64,000 nucleotides of DNA from a virus. A model generated the notes under the pieces. It was given only the letters and a program-made list of their open reading frames with translations. It ran no database searches and was not told where the DNA came from. Of this stretch, positions 30,101 to 37,935 are shown piece after piece (position 1 is the first letter of the stretch; every line of letters begins with the position of its first letter). Location of the stretch: positions 16,601-80,600 of IMG/VR virus record IMGVR_UViG_3300009788_000007; one strand, 5' to 3'. Position numbers and translations under genes: made by a program.

Positions 30101-30845
30101 GTGCATTTGTTGCGGCCATTCCTGATGCAGTATTATCAAATGGTACCTCTGCAGCATTTTGGTCATCTTTAGCATTTTCTTCAATGTTAAATAATTTGGT
30201 TTTTTCAGCCCCAGTAAAAACTTGATCAATAGCTTGCACATCAGTTAATTCTAAGTCTGTTAAGTGGTTTACATTAGGTACACCATCATCTAAATGCAAT
30301 CTTAAATCAGCACTTGTTACTTCATTAACCTGACCATTATCAAGTTTAGTGTCAGAATCTTGAGCATGCAAACCTAGCCTTTCTGCATCAGTTATTATTG
30401 ACCCACTACCTGCACTATCTACGTCATCATGAGCAGTAACTAAACCAGCGTCACCAGCAATGCCTGCAGGGTCTACGAAAATAACCCCATTAGTTATATC
30501 TGATAGTAATATTTGCCCTACCTTTAAACCAGTTTCAGTTATGGTTAAATTACCATTAGCATCAGAAAATATTAAATCTAAATTTGAAAATGTAGCAGTG
30601 TTCACCCCTTCAACAAATCCTAATGCAGTGATAGAACCATTAGAATTATTTAATATTTCAGCATTAATTAATCCAGCAGGCTCGTCTGTTTCTGCAGTGA
30701 TAGCAGTAACAGTTGGTAGCCCAGAATCAAAACCAGAATACTTAACGACTTTCAAAGAAGTTAAAGTAACTCCTGAGATATTACGTACCTGCACGTTTGA
30801 TGGTTCATGCAGATCTTCACCTACTAATAAATGATGGAAGCCCAT
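27177..30845 (-). CDS. 1222-aa fibre-like structural protein
   Basis: Mosaic with His-rich repeats (IGTNSH.QID.H x2; LDNGQ.NEVT.ADLR.HLD x2). Confidence 0.7.
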   Translation of the reverse strand: MGFHHLLVGEDLHEPSNVQVRNISGVTLTSLKVVKYSGFDSGLPTVTAITAETDEPAGLINAEILNNSNGSITALGFVEGVNTATFSNLDLIFSDANGNLTITETGLKVGQILLSDITNGVIFVDPAGIAGDAGLVTAHDDVDSAGSGSIITDAERLGLHAQDSDTKLDNGQVNEVTSADLRLHLDDGVPNVNHLTDLELTDVQAIDQVFTGAEKTKLFNIEENAKDDQNAAEVPFDNTASGMAATNAQDGIDENDGRIDSLEGSTHTQNTDTSLDNGQPNEVTAADLRAHLDNTSEHFTEASIDHTNIQNIGTNSHSQIDGHMSDPTIHFTEGSISHLNIQDIGTNSHAQIDSHIADLDPHREIDDVTASLTTLYSGTKIQTELDNIAADIGSRLLPPVQDITALKAIDTTVAVDFPDKTLINVEDNGLYRLDRDATDTEDIDRIVQPTVGVGRWFKMTSSINDHNNLSNIQGGTTGERNHLTDAQVINLDNQSGVNTGDQIAANVPYDNTDSGLDAVFVKGALDELSNAGGATLGTTWRFSTTITDADPGNKNFRLNNATQSASTFMFISNIAESGVDASNIIAQLKNNDRLYIQESAESDNFHLARVTGDPTDATTYFKIPIVIENSGVDLGNNRVCGVIIFFTRTVAEPLYDGVDTEANILASDPSSFPNQIWFASDTKNKFESIVPILGGNAWQNITLQYDALTDAFCLPQTQDGQTQNLGRETFFLAFNNDVAVTALNPKVFRATGAKIGDEDFHDVVKALASDPTIIEGGLWGINTTSLLNNAKGKITTYGEVKDTNTSLWSINDVLYVDPVTTGDLTNIKPTINAFVVGKVSKVSATEGIIFVNTVSSNQVGDTLVPVGVDRVWLTADEEITTTPETVFLAKRSDQGTITSATVVVPVNDNSTIGSDQDHLTEVLANSLSASQGEHTSQLEITVNNSNAQERLHIEVYDSDDQGVVIDSGILSEPVGDLGVRPVFTMLSAELNMDANDQFFIRLVGFLSQDFIFAVGNRVRYHVLCEKIGTAGGVKNFTLFFGSSRRSFVDALSLITINDVVGLTEAIDIPKQFVRAINIDVTTNLNVASADFDTDVPVFGISTTTINGLFTRLNDTQIQFDFTGDVEVSSTSDLIGVGVNRNIIQTRFQINNASLGPVGAAYVRNSSAANQGTSSISDILSVNINDILTLGARREPGLTDPANVTMTTTSGTGTSGLTIKRIT

Positions 30846-30847
30846 TA

Positions 30848-30991
30848 TTAAATGCCCCTTACTACGTTGCCGTTAAGGTCTACTACCACTAAAGGCCCAT
30901 TAGGTAGCTCTTCACCCACGCCATCGAATTTATGTGTAATAATAGTATCAACATTAAATCCAGTACCAGCCGTTTCAAGATTTGCAATCAT
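30848..30991 (-). CDS. 47-aa hypothetical protein (not in track)
   Basis: MIANLETAG...VVRGI fills the gap; ATGA overlap upstream and TAATAATG downstream. Confidence 0.55.
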   Translation of the reverse strand: MIANLETAGTGFNVDTIITHKFDGVGEELPNGPLVVVDLNGNVVRGI

Positions 30992-31386
30992 GCTTGCCCC
31001 CCTGGAAAAAGTAATAACAATTCTTCAAATGTTTCTGCAACCATACCGTTAGGTGCCTGGGGGCTTCCTGGTCCTGGTCTACCTTCTTCAAGAAAAATAA
31101 TATAGGGTACGTTGTTTGCAATGTAAACGATTTCAAAAGGTCCTAAATTAAGTTCAGGTACAGGTGGCTCACCTAAGTTAAATGTTTCTTCTTCAGCAGG
31201 CGCACCTATTGTCATTTGCCAACCACCACGCGCACGGCCAGTATCAACTGGAGTTTTCTGCACAATACGGCTAAAGGCTTCAATTGCAATTGCTTTTTGA
31301 AATATTACTATTTGTACTTGAGTTAGATTTTTAGAGAACGCATCTACTTCTTTATTGAACCTTTCAAGACTACCTATCCTAGTCAT
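30988..31386 (-). CDS. HK97 gp10-like neck/tail completion protein
   Basis: TPVDTGRARGGW; NNVPYI..LEEG; QAPNGMV. Confidence 0.85.
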   Translation of the reverse strand: MTRIGSLERFNKEVDAFSKNLTQVQIVIFQKAIAIEAFSRIVQKTPVDTGRARGGWQMTIGAPAEEETFNLGEPPVPELNLGPFEIVYIANNVPYIIFLEEGRPGPGSPQAPNGMVAETFEELLLLFPGGQA

Positions 31387-31390
31387 CGGC

Positions 31391-31777
31391 TCAACTCCTT
31401 ATCTGTAATTCCCACGCTGCAATAGATTCACCACTATAAATAGGGTTTGTACTAATGACTTCCCAGCAGATACTATCAATATCAATATTCCAACCATTTA
31501 AAGTTCCACCTTTAACAGGTGTAAAATCATTACCCTGATTTCCAAGTAACACTTTTGCATCACCTGCCTGGATTAAATCGCCATCGATAAAGAATTTTTT
31601 ATATGGATCTGGGGGAGATACTTTTGCGGTGTGTGTGGTTTGAGATGTCGGTGTAGTTACACCTGTATTACGATCATACTCCCCAGGCAGAGGAGCTGAG
31701 GTAAAGATAACTACTTTACCAAACTCATTAATAAGCCGTTCAGCAAGTGGTAAAAACACAGTGTCAAGTCGTGTCAT
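31391..31777 (-). CDS. head closure protein
   Basis: LINEFGK..YDRNTG..DGDLIQAGD..WELQIR; synteny. Confidence 0.7.
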   Translation of the reverse strand: MTRLDTVFLPLAERLINEFGKVVIFTSAPLPGEYDRNTGVTTPTSQTTHTAKVSPPDPYKKFFIDGDLIQAGDAKVLLGNQGNDFTPVKGGTLNGWNIDIDSICWEVISTNPIYSGESIAAWELQIRS

Positions 31778-32646
31778 CCTCTTCGTACCTCACCGGCTGG
31801 TCGTAAAATGTTCCAAAGTAAATCGGTTACTTTGCGATATCTTTTTATAGGCTCAAAACCACCAACATACCTAATACGCTCAAGTAGTGATGCAACTCTT
31901 ACTTCTGTTTCTGCAATAACACCATTATTATCTGAATCTGAATCAAATATATCTGTACCATCAACACCTTTTAAAGCCATCTCAGCAGTAGCATTTAATA
32001 ACTCTATTGGTAGTTCATTTGTCCCTAAAGAACGGCCATCATTTAAAACTACACCAGCACGTGGCCAATGGAGGCCCTGCTCATTAGAAAACCTGCTACC
32101 TATATAACGAGGTACGTATGTTGAATCTAGATACTGTGTACCAAAAATTAACGCCTGCTCTTTAGAATCTTCTCCACCTATTAAAAAATCAGATGAAAAA
32201 ATATTTAAAGCACTTAAAAAAGTTTCTGTAACTAAAATAGAATTACCCGCAGTACCGCCCACCTTTGCAGTAACCAAAACAGCAGCCGTACCGCTTAAAG
32301 CTGCAGCGACATCTGGGTGTGGTGTTGTCGTCGGTGGTATGTCGGGATTTCTCACAACATCACCATTAATCACATCTTTAGTATTTTTCAAAGATGCAGC
32401 AACATCTGCCCCTATGGGTATTTCACCGTCTGTAGGGGTTACTGTTGTTTTGTAAGTGTACACTGTTGCCCCTATGGTTATAGTTTCACCATCCAGGGGC
32501 AAAGTGCCCAAAGTCAAAGAGGTAGACGCTGCAGCATCAACCCAAGCAGCAGGGCTTCCGTGGTTAACGAAATATGCATCAGCATCTGCAACAGATAGAT
32601 AACTGTTTGCACCGACTACACCGCTACCGTCTTCGACTATGAACAT
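31774..32646 (-). CDS. head-tail adaptor (DnaT-like family) with an inserted decoration domain
   Basis: IVEDGSGV.GANSY.SVADADAYF; QGLHWPR; LP.EL..ATAEMAL. Confidence 0.8.
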   Translation of the reverse strand: MFIVEDGSGVVGANSYLSVADADAYFVNHGSPAAWVDAAASTSLTLGTLPLDGETITIGATVYTYKTTVTPTDGEIPIGADVAASLKNTKDVINGDVVRNPDIPPTTTPHPDVAAALSGTAAVLVTAKVGGTAGNSILVTETFLSALNIFSSDFLIGGEDSKEQALIFGTQYLDSTYVPRYIGSRFSNEQGLHWPRAGVVLNDGRSLGTNELPIELLNATAEMALKGVDGTDIFDSDSDNNGVIAETEVRVASLLERIRYVGGFEPIKRYRKVTDLLWNILRPAGEVRRG

Positions 32647-32663
32647 TTTCTAAAAGTCCTTCT

Positions 32664-33047
32664 CTACTCTTCTAATTCAAGAATAGAAATTACTTTATCT
32701 TTTTTCATTGAAAGAGTATCGCCATCAACAAAACCTGCATCAATGCTATACTCTTTTACGAATACATCCATATCTTTATTTGATCTGATATCACGAATAC
32801 TTTCTGCAGTAACCTCTTTACTAGAAGTTTCTCCAGTTTCAACATTTGAAGTTTTTATAGTAGGCTCTTTATGAATTTTAAAACCGTCACGTTCACATAG
32901 TTCTTTTGCTTTTTCTAGACTTACTTTACAAATACCTCCTGGACCTTTGACGGCTACCAGTTTAGTAGTAGTTGTTGGTTTTAGCCTCATATTATTATTT
33001 AGCTTAGTGATTGCTTTATTTACATGTTCTTCTGTATGGTTTGTCAT
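32664..33047 (-). CDS. hypothetical protein downstream of the capsid gene
   Basis: RBS GAAAGG; 127 aa. Confidence 0.6.
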   Translation of the reverse strand: MTNHTEEHVNKAITKLNNNMRLKPTTTTKLVAVKGPGGICKVSLEKAKELCERDGFKIHKEPTIKTSNVETGETSSKEVTAESIRDIRSNKDMDVFVKEYSIDAGFVDGDTLSMKKDKVISILELEE

Positions 33048-33191
33048 TATTACCTTTCTGCTTAGTTAAAAAAATTCTATTTTAAAAATACCCACCCACC
33101 AACTACCTCTGAGCCTACCAGCTCAGTAGTGTGAAGTAACCCCAGCGAAAAGTTTAGAAAGCTCTCCACTAGGGCTACAAATTAGTGCGTG

Positions 33192-34442
33192 TTACCCAAG
33201 CAAACGTGCAGCAAGTTCTGCACGAATAAGGCGGGTACCCCATAAGATATCAAATTCCCAAACAACTTGTTTATGTTGCCTTGATACTTCAAGACGTAAA
33301 ACAATACCTGTTTTAGGGTCTTGCATTGACATGATTTTAGAACCCAAAGCCAAATCTTGAGTGCTTTGAGTAAGTGGGCGTGTCGCAAAAGCAAATGCGT
33401 CACGATGGAACACAAGGTTAACTACGTGGTCATCAATAACAGTCAACACTTCGTCATCAGCAACAGCAGTTTGCAAAGCTGGGAAAAATTTTAGTGCAGT
33501 GATAGCATTTGCAGCAAATGTGTACGTGCCAACTGTACCTGCTTGGTTATCAGTAACATTAGCAAATTCAGCAGAGGCTGCGTTATCTACAACCACATAA
33601 GATTGTGCATGACCAGCAAAAGTGAAAATGTCACCATTAAGCAAAGTGCCAGCAACAGACACTTCAGCACCATTGTCTATATTGATGGTGTCGATGCCAA
33701 TAGCATAACCAGCACCATTATTAACTGCAGCTGTACGTGTGGCACCCGCAAGAATAGTACCGGCTATGTGTGTGATAACTTCGTCATCAGCAACCCAGTC
33801 AATACCAAATTTCCGGCCAATCTCACCTTCAAGAATAACGTCTGCACTCAAAGTATTGTTTGCAGAAAAGAACGGTTCAAGCTCAAGCGCTTGGGCTTCT
33901 GCATCAAAATCAAGTACACCGCGCCTGTTATCTTTAGGGCAAACCTGCTGATTCAAAATTTTACGTACTTGAGTAGCTGATTTAACGCCTACGCTTGTAC
34001 CAAATGGAGTTGTGCCAGCTGTTCCGGTAACACCAAAAACACCACGCACTGGGCCACGGTACTCTTCATGAATAGAACGGTTTACATCATTGGCTAGTGT
34101 TCTGATAGCTTCTGACATTTGCATAGGTAAAAAATCTTCACGTGCGTCAATTTCAACCAAATCTTTATCGGTCAAATGGATAGCGTCGTTCTGCCTCCAA
34201 TAATTCAAAGGGATGGGCACTGTTTCAATCGTGGTGCTTGCAGGTACTGGGGGTGTGTTTGATGGTGCTACATCAGAAGTAGATACTGCAGAAGGAATGG
34301 GCACATTAATTGTGTCGCCTTTTTTTGCAGCCTCTTGTGCGTAGTCACCATTGACCAAACGAGGCATAACCGCAGCCTCGCGTAATGCCAAAAGTCCCCG
34401 TGCGAGAATTTTTGGTAGGATATCATCCAAATTATTTGCCAT
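33192..34442 (-). CDS. major capsid protein, P22 gp5-like
   Basis: MANNL...KKGDTINVPIP; LANDV; NLVFHRDAFAFATRPL; FDILWG; RBS AGGAGG. Confidence 0.9.
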   Translation of the reverse strand: MANNLDDILPKILARGLLALREAAVMPRLVNGDYAQEAAKKGDTINVPIPSAVSTSDVAPSNTPPVPASTTIETVPIPLNYWRQNDAIHLTDKDLVEIDAREDFLPMQMSEAIRTLANDVNRSIHEEYRGPVRGVFGVTGTAGTTPFGTSVGVKSATQVRKILNQQVCPKDNRRGVLDFDAEAQALELEPFFSANNTLSADVILEGEIGRKFGIDWVADDEVITHIAGTILAGATRTAAVNNGAGYAIGIDTINIDNGAEVSVAGTLLNGDIFTFAGHAQSYVVVDNAASAEFANVTDNQAGTVGTYTFAANAITALKFFPALQTAVADDEVLTVIDDHVVNLVFHRDAFAFATRPLTQSTQDLALGSKIMSMQDPKTGIVLRLEVSRQHKQVVWEFDILWGTRLIRAELAARLLG

Positions 34443-34450
34443 TGTTATAG

Positions 34451-34545
34451 CCTCCTAGATAGAGCTTAATTGTTTACGATTCATGTTTAACAGAAAGCTA
34501 CCATCTCGGAAGCTACGCAGCGTCTCGCCGCGATTTATCTAGGGG
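34451..34545 (-). promoter_or_regulatory. structured 5' leader of the capsid gene
   Basis: Two GAGAY-loop hairpins enclosed by a CCTAGATA/TATCTAGG stem that covers part of the RBS. Confidence 0.6.
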
Positions 34546-34567
34546 ATTTTTAGGATAACTTCAATCG

Positions 34568-35383
34568 TTAGCGTACGACCTTAGTGTTCCCTTTTGCAAT
34601 TGCCTCTAAGCTATTATTGATAGCATTTTGATCATTACCATCAACTTCACCTTTAACTACAGGTTTATTGCCACCCCCTGTGTTTCCTGCATTTTTATCG
34701 GATGAATCGCCAGACCCTCCACCACTGCCGGAATTTCCAGTACCACTAAAAGCAGCACCAAAACTATCTTTACTTTTCATTTCTTCGACTAATTGAGTTA
34801 TTGTCATTGCCGTACCTGCACTACCTGCAATGCGTGCCACACCTTCTGCATTAACAACTTCTGCTACAAACTTATCGTCTACCTGCTTCATCTTTACATG
34901 TTGTTTAACGTGCGGTAAAAGTAACTCAATAGAACCCCCAGCTTCTTGAATAGCCTTTGTTGCCTGGGCATCAATCAAGTTTGTTCTCAATTGCCCCATA
35001 GAGGCGTCCACTACTTGCTGCATAGTTGCCATCTCGGTAGTATGCGCTGTAATAAGATCACCTTTCATTCCTTCAAACTGCTCTTTAGCCTTAGCGTCCG
35101 GGTCCAAGTTTTTAAATTCTTCATACTTGGCTATGGCTACCTTTGCGGCTTTTGCATCAATACCATCAAAAACTTTTAAGGCTTTAACGCTTTCAGCGCC
35201 AGTATGCCTTTCAGTTTCGAGAGCTGATTTTAATGCGGCTGTGTTTGCAAATTCAAAACCGTCCATAGGTTTGATATCTGGGATGAATTTCCCAGGCTCT
35301 TTTGGGTTTTCAATGTACTCTGCTTTAATCACATCTTCTAGAGTGTCGTATGCTTCTTTGTTAATTACTGCTGCTAGTGTCAT
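34568..35383 (-). CDS. capsid scaffolding protein
   Basis: Coiled-coil LKSALETER, Gly/Ser-rich tail, directly before the capsid gene; ATG 35383 with AAGGA preferred over GTG 35428. Confidence 0.75.
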   Translation of the reverse strand: MTLAAVINKEAYDTLEDVIKAEYIENPKEPGKFIPDIKPMDGFEFANTAALKSALETERHTGAESVKALKVFDGIDAKAAKVAIAKYEEFKNLDPDAKAKEQFEGMKGDLITAHTTEMATMQQVVDASMGQLRTNLIDAQATKAIQEAGGSIELLLPHVKQHVKMKQVDDKFVAEVVNAEGVARIAGSAGTAMTITQLVEEMKSKDSFGAAFSGTGNSGSGGGSGDSSDKNAGNTGGGNKPVVKGEVDGNDQNAINNSLEAIAKGNTKVVR

Positions 35384-35622
35384 ATTTAATCCTTGGGCGT
35401 CTCGCCCTGTTGGGTGGCGTCTCGCCACGTTTTAAAATACTGAGGTTTCGCTCAACTGCTTACTAAATAATATATGGTCTCAAAACAGACTTTTCAAACC
35501 CTTAAAATTTGGCGTTTCTGGTCCCTCCCTCCCTATAGGGGGAAATGTGGTTTTTAGAAAAAGTTTTAAATAGTCCTAAATAGTTACAAATATTTTAAAA
35601 TATTTCAAAGTATCTACACAAA

Positions 35623-37710
35623 TTAATCTAATTTTGCTTCAGCTGCACGCATCTGTGGAAGGGTAAGCTGCTTAGTTTTATCATTAAAAAAGAACTTATC
35701 GTTCAGCTTCCCGCGCCGAAATAACGCAGACCTTTCTTTGCCTAAAGCCATTTGCTGGGTAGCCTTTGACTGATTGCGTAACCACTGGGGGTATGTTTGA
35801 GTAGCCGGAACCTGCCCTTTAAAGGTATCGCTTGCTGATGCCCTGGTAGATGGTGGTAATTCATTAAGCCCTGGTATGCCTAAATCCTCAAATGATTTTA
35901 TTACAGGTACCGTGGTACTCCTGCAATTATGCACTAATAACCCATTAGCTAAATAAGTCTCGTCATCCACAACAGCTAGATTGTAAACATACCCGTTGTA
36001 GTACTCATCTACATTTGATATGCTTGATGAGGCAAACCAATTAGAGGGGGAGTTATGGCTACGTTCACTAAAAAAGAACTTGAAAAAATTATTAAAAGAG
36101 AGCACTGGAAATTGGGTAAACCTCTTAGACAAATTGAAAGAGAACTTGGGGTAGGTAAAACTGTTGTGCAAAGTAGTTGCAAACGCTTGGGAATTAAGAC
36201 ACGCACCAGAACCGAGAGTATTAGAAGTGGGCACGCTAATGGCCATCTTAAGGGGGCATCTGGTGCTGACCATTGGAGAAAACAGAATATCAAAAAAAGT
36301 AAAAAGCTTGCTAAACAAAGTTCTGCAAGAATGAAGAAGTCTAACCCAATGTTTGATAAAGGCACTAAAGAAAAAATTCTTAAAACACGTGCTGATAATT
36401 ATAGTAAAAATCCAACAAGACATGAAGCGGCACTTATTAAAATATTTCAACGCAGGGGTATAATATTTTGTTTTCAAAAATCTGTCAGGGGTGGTATTGC
36501 TGATTTTACTTTTGGTAAAGTTATCCTTGAGATTGACGGTAGAGGACATGCCAGCAGAAAAACTGCTGATGCTATACGGGATAAGGTCCTCAATACACTT
36601 GGTTGGCATGTTGTGCGAGTTAGTCAAGACAGCCTGCGTGATTACAGACGACACCCCAACGGCCATTGGCATCTTAGTAAACTTTTCAAAGTTTTGAAAA
36701 AGTACATCACCTGTACAAACATCCCTAGCATTAAGCCATCCTCTGGTTTTGGTAAGTATCGGGTGGTCGTCCGTGAGGCTAACACAGGTATTGAAAGACG
36801 TTTTTAGTTTTTTAATTTTACCGTTATGTGATTTAGCCATAACTGTATAAACTTTTTTCCATCTGTTTAAATGTGTCAATACCTCGTCACCTACCTTAAC
36901 ATCTTCAATAGGTGTTAAACCTTTTTTTGTAGTTATTAGAGTACCCCCCACAAGCGCATTAAAATGTTGGGGAGGCCTGGGGCCTTCACCAATTGGGAAT
37001 ACCTCACCATCAAGAGAAGCGCAGATAGGTGTTGTACGGCTGTCTAGTGTTGCGACATATTTTACTTTATCAATCACATCAGAATTTGCTTCGTAGGTTG
37101 CTTCTCTTGCTTTTACAGTTACCTCGGTCACAGATGTGCGCACTAACGTCTGCGCGTTATGGCGAGTACCATTAAAAACACCATCTGAAAAACCTTGTGC
37201 TTTTGTGCCGACAATCCTACGCGTCATATCCGGGATACTGTCACCCTCTGCTAAACCTATACTAAGCCGTCTTGTAATTTCATTGGCGTCCCGGTCTGCA
37301 TACTGATTAAAATATTTTTTAATAGTTTGCCCTCTTACTTTACCATTTACAATTTGCCGCATCACTGCTTGAGAGGGTACAGTTAGTGCTAATGAAATAG
37401 GGGAATTTTTATTAATAATACGTATTTGATTCTCTGCTTCATTATTTGCAATGTCTAAAAGATCACTCTTAAGGTCAACACCTAAACCCTTGTACCCTTC
37501 ACGCAAAAGTATTGTGTATGCTTTTCGCATTCTGATAAATCTATCCGCTGACATATTTCTGCGCAGTCTGCGGTTTATCTCTTTTTCGACATCAGGCAGC
37601 ACATCATCATTAAGCGTGGCTAAAATTTTATTGACTTCTTTATTACGCAGGCGCTCTAAAAAAATAGCATGCTTTATGGCCTCATCTTGTATGTCGTCAT
37701 TTATTGCCAT
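35623..37710 (-). CDS. head morphogenesis protein (SPP1 gp7/MuF family) containing an intein
   Basis: YVATLDSRTTPICASLDG...PPQHFN|CRST motif split by the intein. Confidence 0.9.
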   Translation of the reverse strand: MAINDDIQDEAIKHAIFLERLRNKEVNKILATLNDDVLPDVEKEINRRLRRNMSADRFIRMRKAYTILLREGYKGLGVDLKSDLLDIANNEAENQIRIINKNSPISLALTVPSQAVMRQIVNGKVRGQTIKKYFNQYADRDANEITRRLSIGLAEGDSIPDMTRRIVGTKAQGFSDGVFNGTRHNAQTLVRTSVTEVTVKAREATYEANSDVIDKVKYVATLDSRTTPICASLDGEVFPIGEGPRPPQHFNALVGGTLITTKKGLTPIEDVKVGDEVLTHLNRWKKVYTVMAKSHNGKIKKLKTSFNTCVSLTDDHPILTKTRGWLNARDVCTGDVLFQNFEKFTKMPMAVGVSSVITQAVLTNSHNMPTKCIEDLIPYSISSFSAGMSSTVNLKDNFTKSKISNTTPDRFLKTKYYTPALKYFNKCRFMSCWIFTIIISTCFKNFFFSAFIKHWVRLLHSCRTLFSKLFTFFDILFSPMVSTRCPLKMAISVPTSNTLGSGACLNSQAFATTLHNSFTYPKFSFNLSKRFTQFPVLSFNNFFKFFFSERSHNSPSNWFASSSISNVDEYYNGYVYNLAVVDDETYLANGLLVHNCRSTTVPVIKSFEDLGIPGLNELPPSTRASASDTFKGQVPATQTYPQWLRNQSKATQQMALGKERSALFRRGKLNDKFFFNDKTKQLTLPQMRAAEAKLD
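35926..36957 (-). mobile_element. 344-aa intein starting with Ala and ending His-Asn before Cys+1
   Basis: Block A ALVGGTLITT..G..PIEDVKVGDEVLTH; block B LTDDHPILT..GW; blocks F/G VYNLAV.DDETYLANGLLVHN|C. Confidence 0.9.
36055..36807 (+). CDS. Vsr/DUF559-type endonuclease with N-terminal HTH/NUMOD3-like region, antisense inside the intein
   Basis: PTRHE..L...FQK....IADF....VILEIDG.GH......RD..L...GWHVVRV; RBS GAGGGGGAG just before the ATG. Confidence 0.85.
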   Translation: MATFTKKELEKIIKREHWKLGKPLRQIERELGVGKTVVQSSCKRLGIKTRTRTESIRSGHANGHLKGASGADHWRKQNIKKSKKLAKQSSARMKKSNPMFDKGTKEKILKTRADNYSKNPTRHEAALIKIFQRRGIIFCFQKSVRGGIADFTFGKVILEIDGRGHASRKTADAIRDKVLNTLGWHVVRVSQDSLRDYRRHPNGHWHLSKLFKVLKKYITCTNIPSIKPSSGFGKYRVVVREANTGIERRF

Positions 37711-37935
37711 TAGGTTTATTTTTCTTTTTAACAGTACGTTTAGTTATAGATCTTTTGGTTACAGATTTTTTAGGTGCAGTAGTTTTTTTAAGGTGTTTTG
37801 GCATCAGTGTCTCCCATTATTTTATCTATATAGTGTTGCCGCATGCCTTTATCTAAATGGATAAAAATTCTTTCCATCATTTCACGCCCACGTATACCGC
37901 GCTTGTATTCAAGATATAATAAAAACGCTAGTTCT

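Noticed and set aside
35384-35428. GTG start at 35428 for the scaffold
   Set aside because: The extension consists of the two leader hairpins, and the RBS lies before ATG 35383.
35529-35542. T7-type RNA polymerase promoter (CTATAGGGAG similarity)
   Set aside because: There is no conserved upstream specificity region among the three sites and no phage RNA polymerase in the window.
36009-36697. Additional ORFs 36009-36365 (-) and 36491-36697 (+) inside the intein
   Set aside because: No motifs or RBS; these are by-products of the double-coded region.
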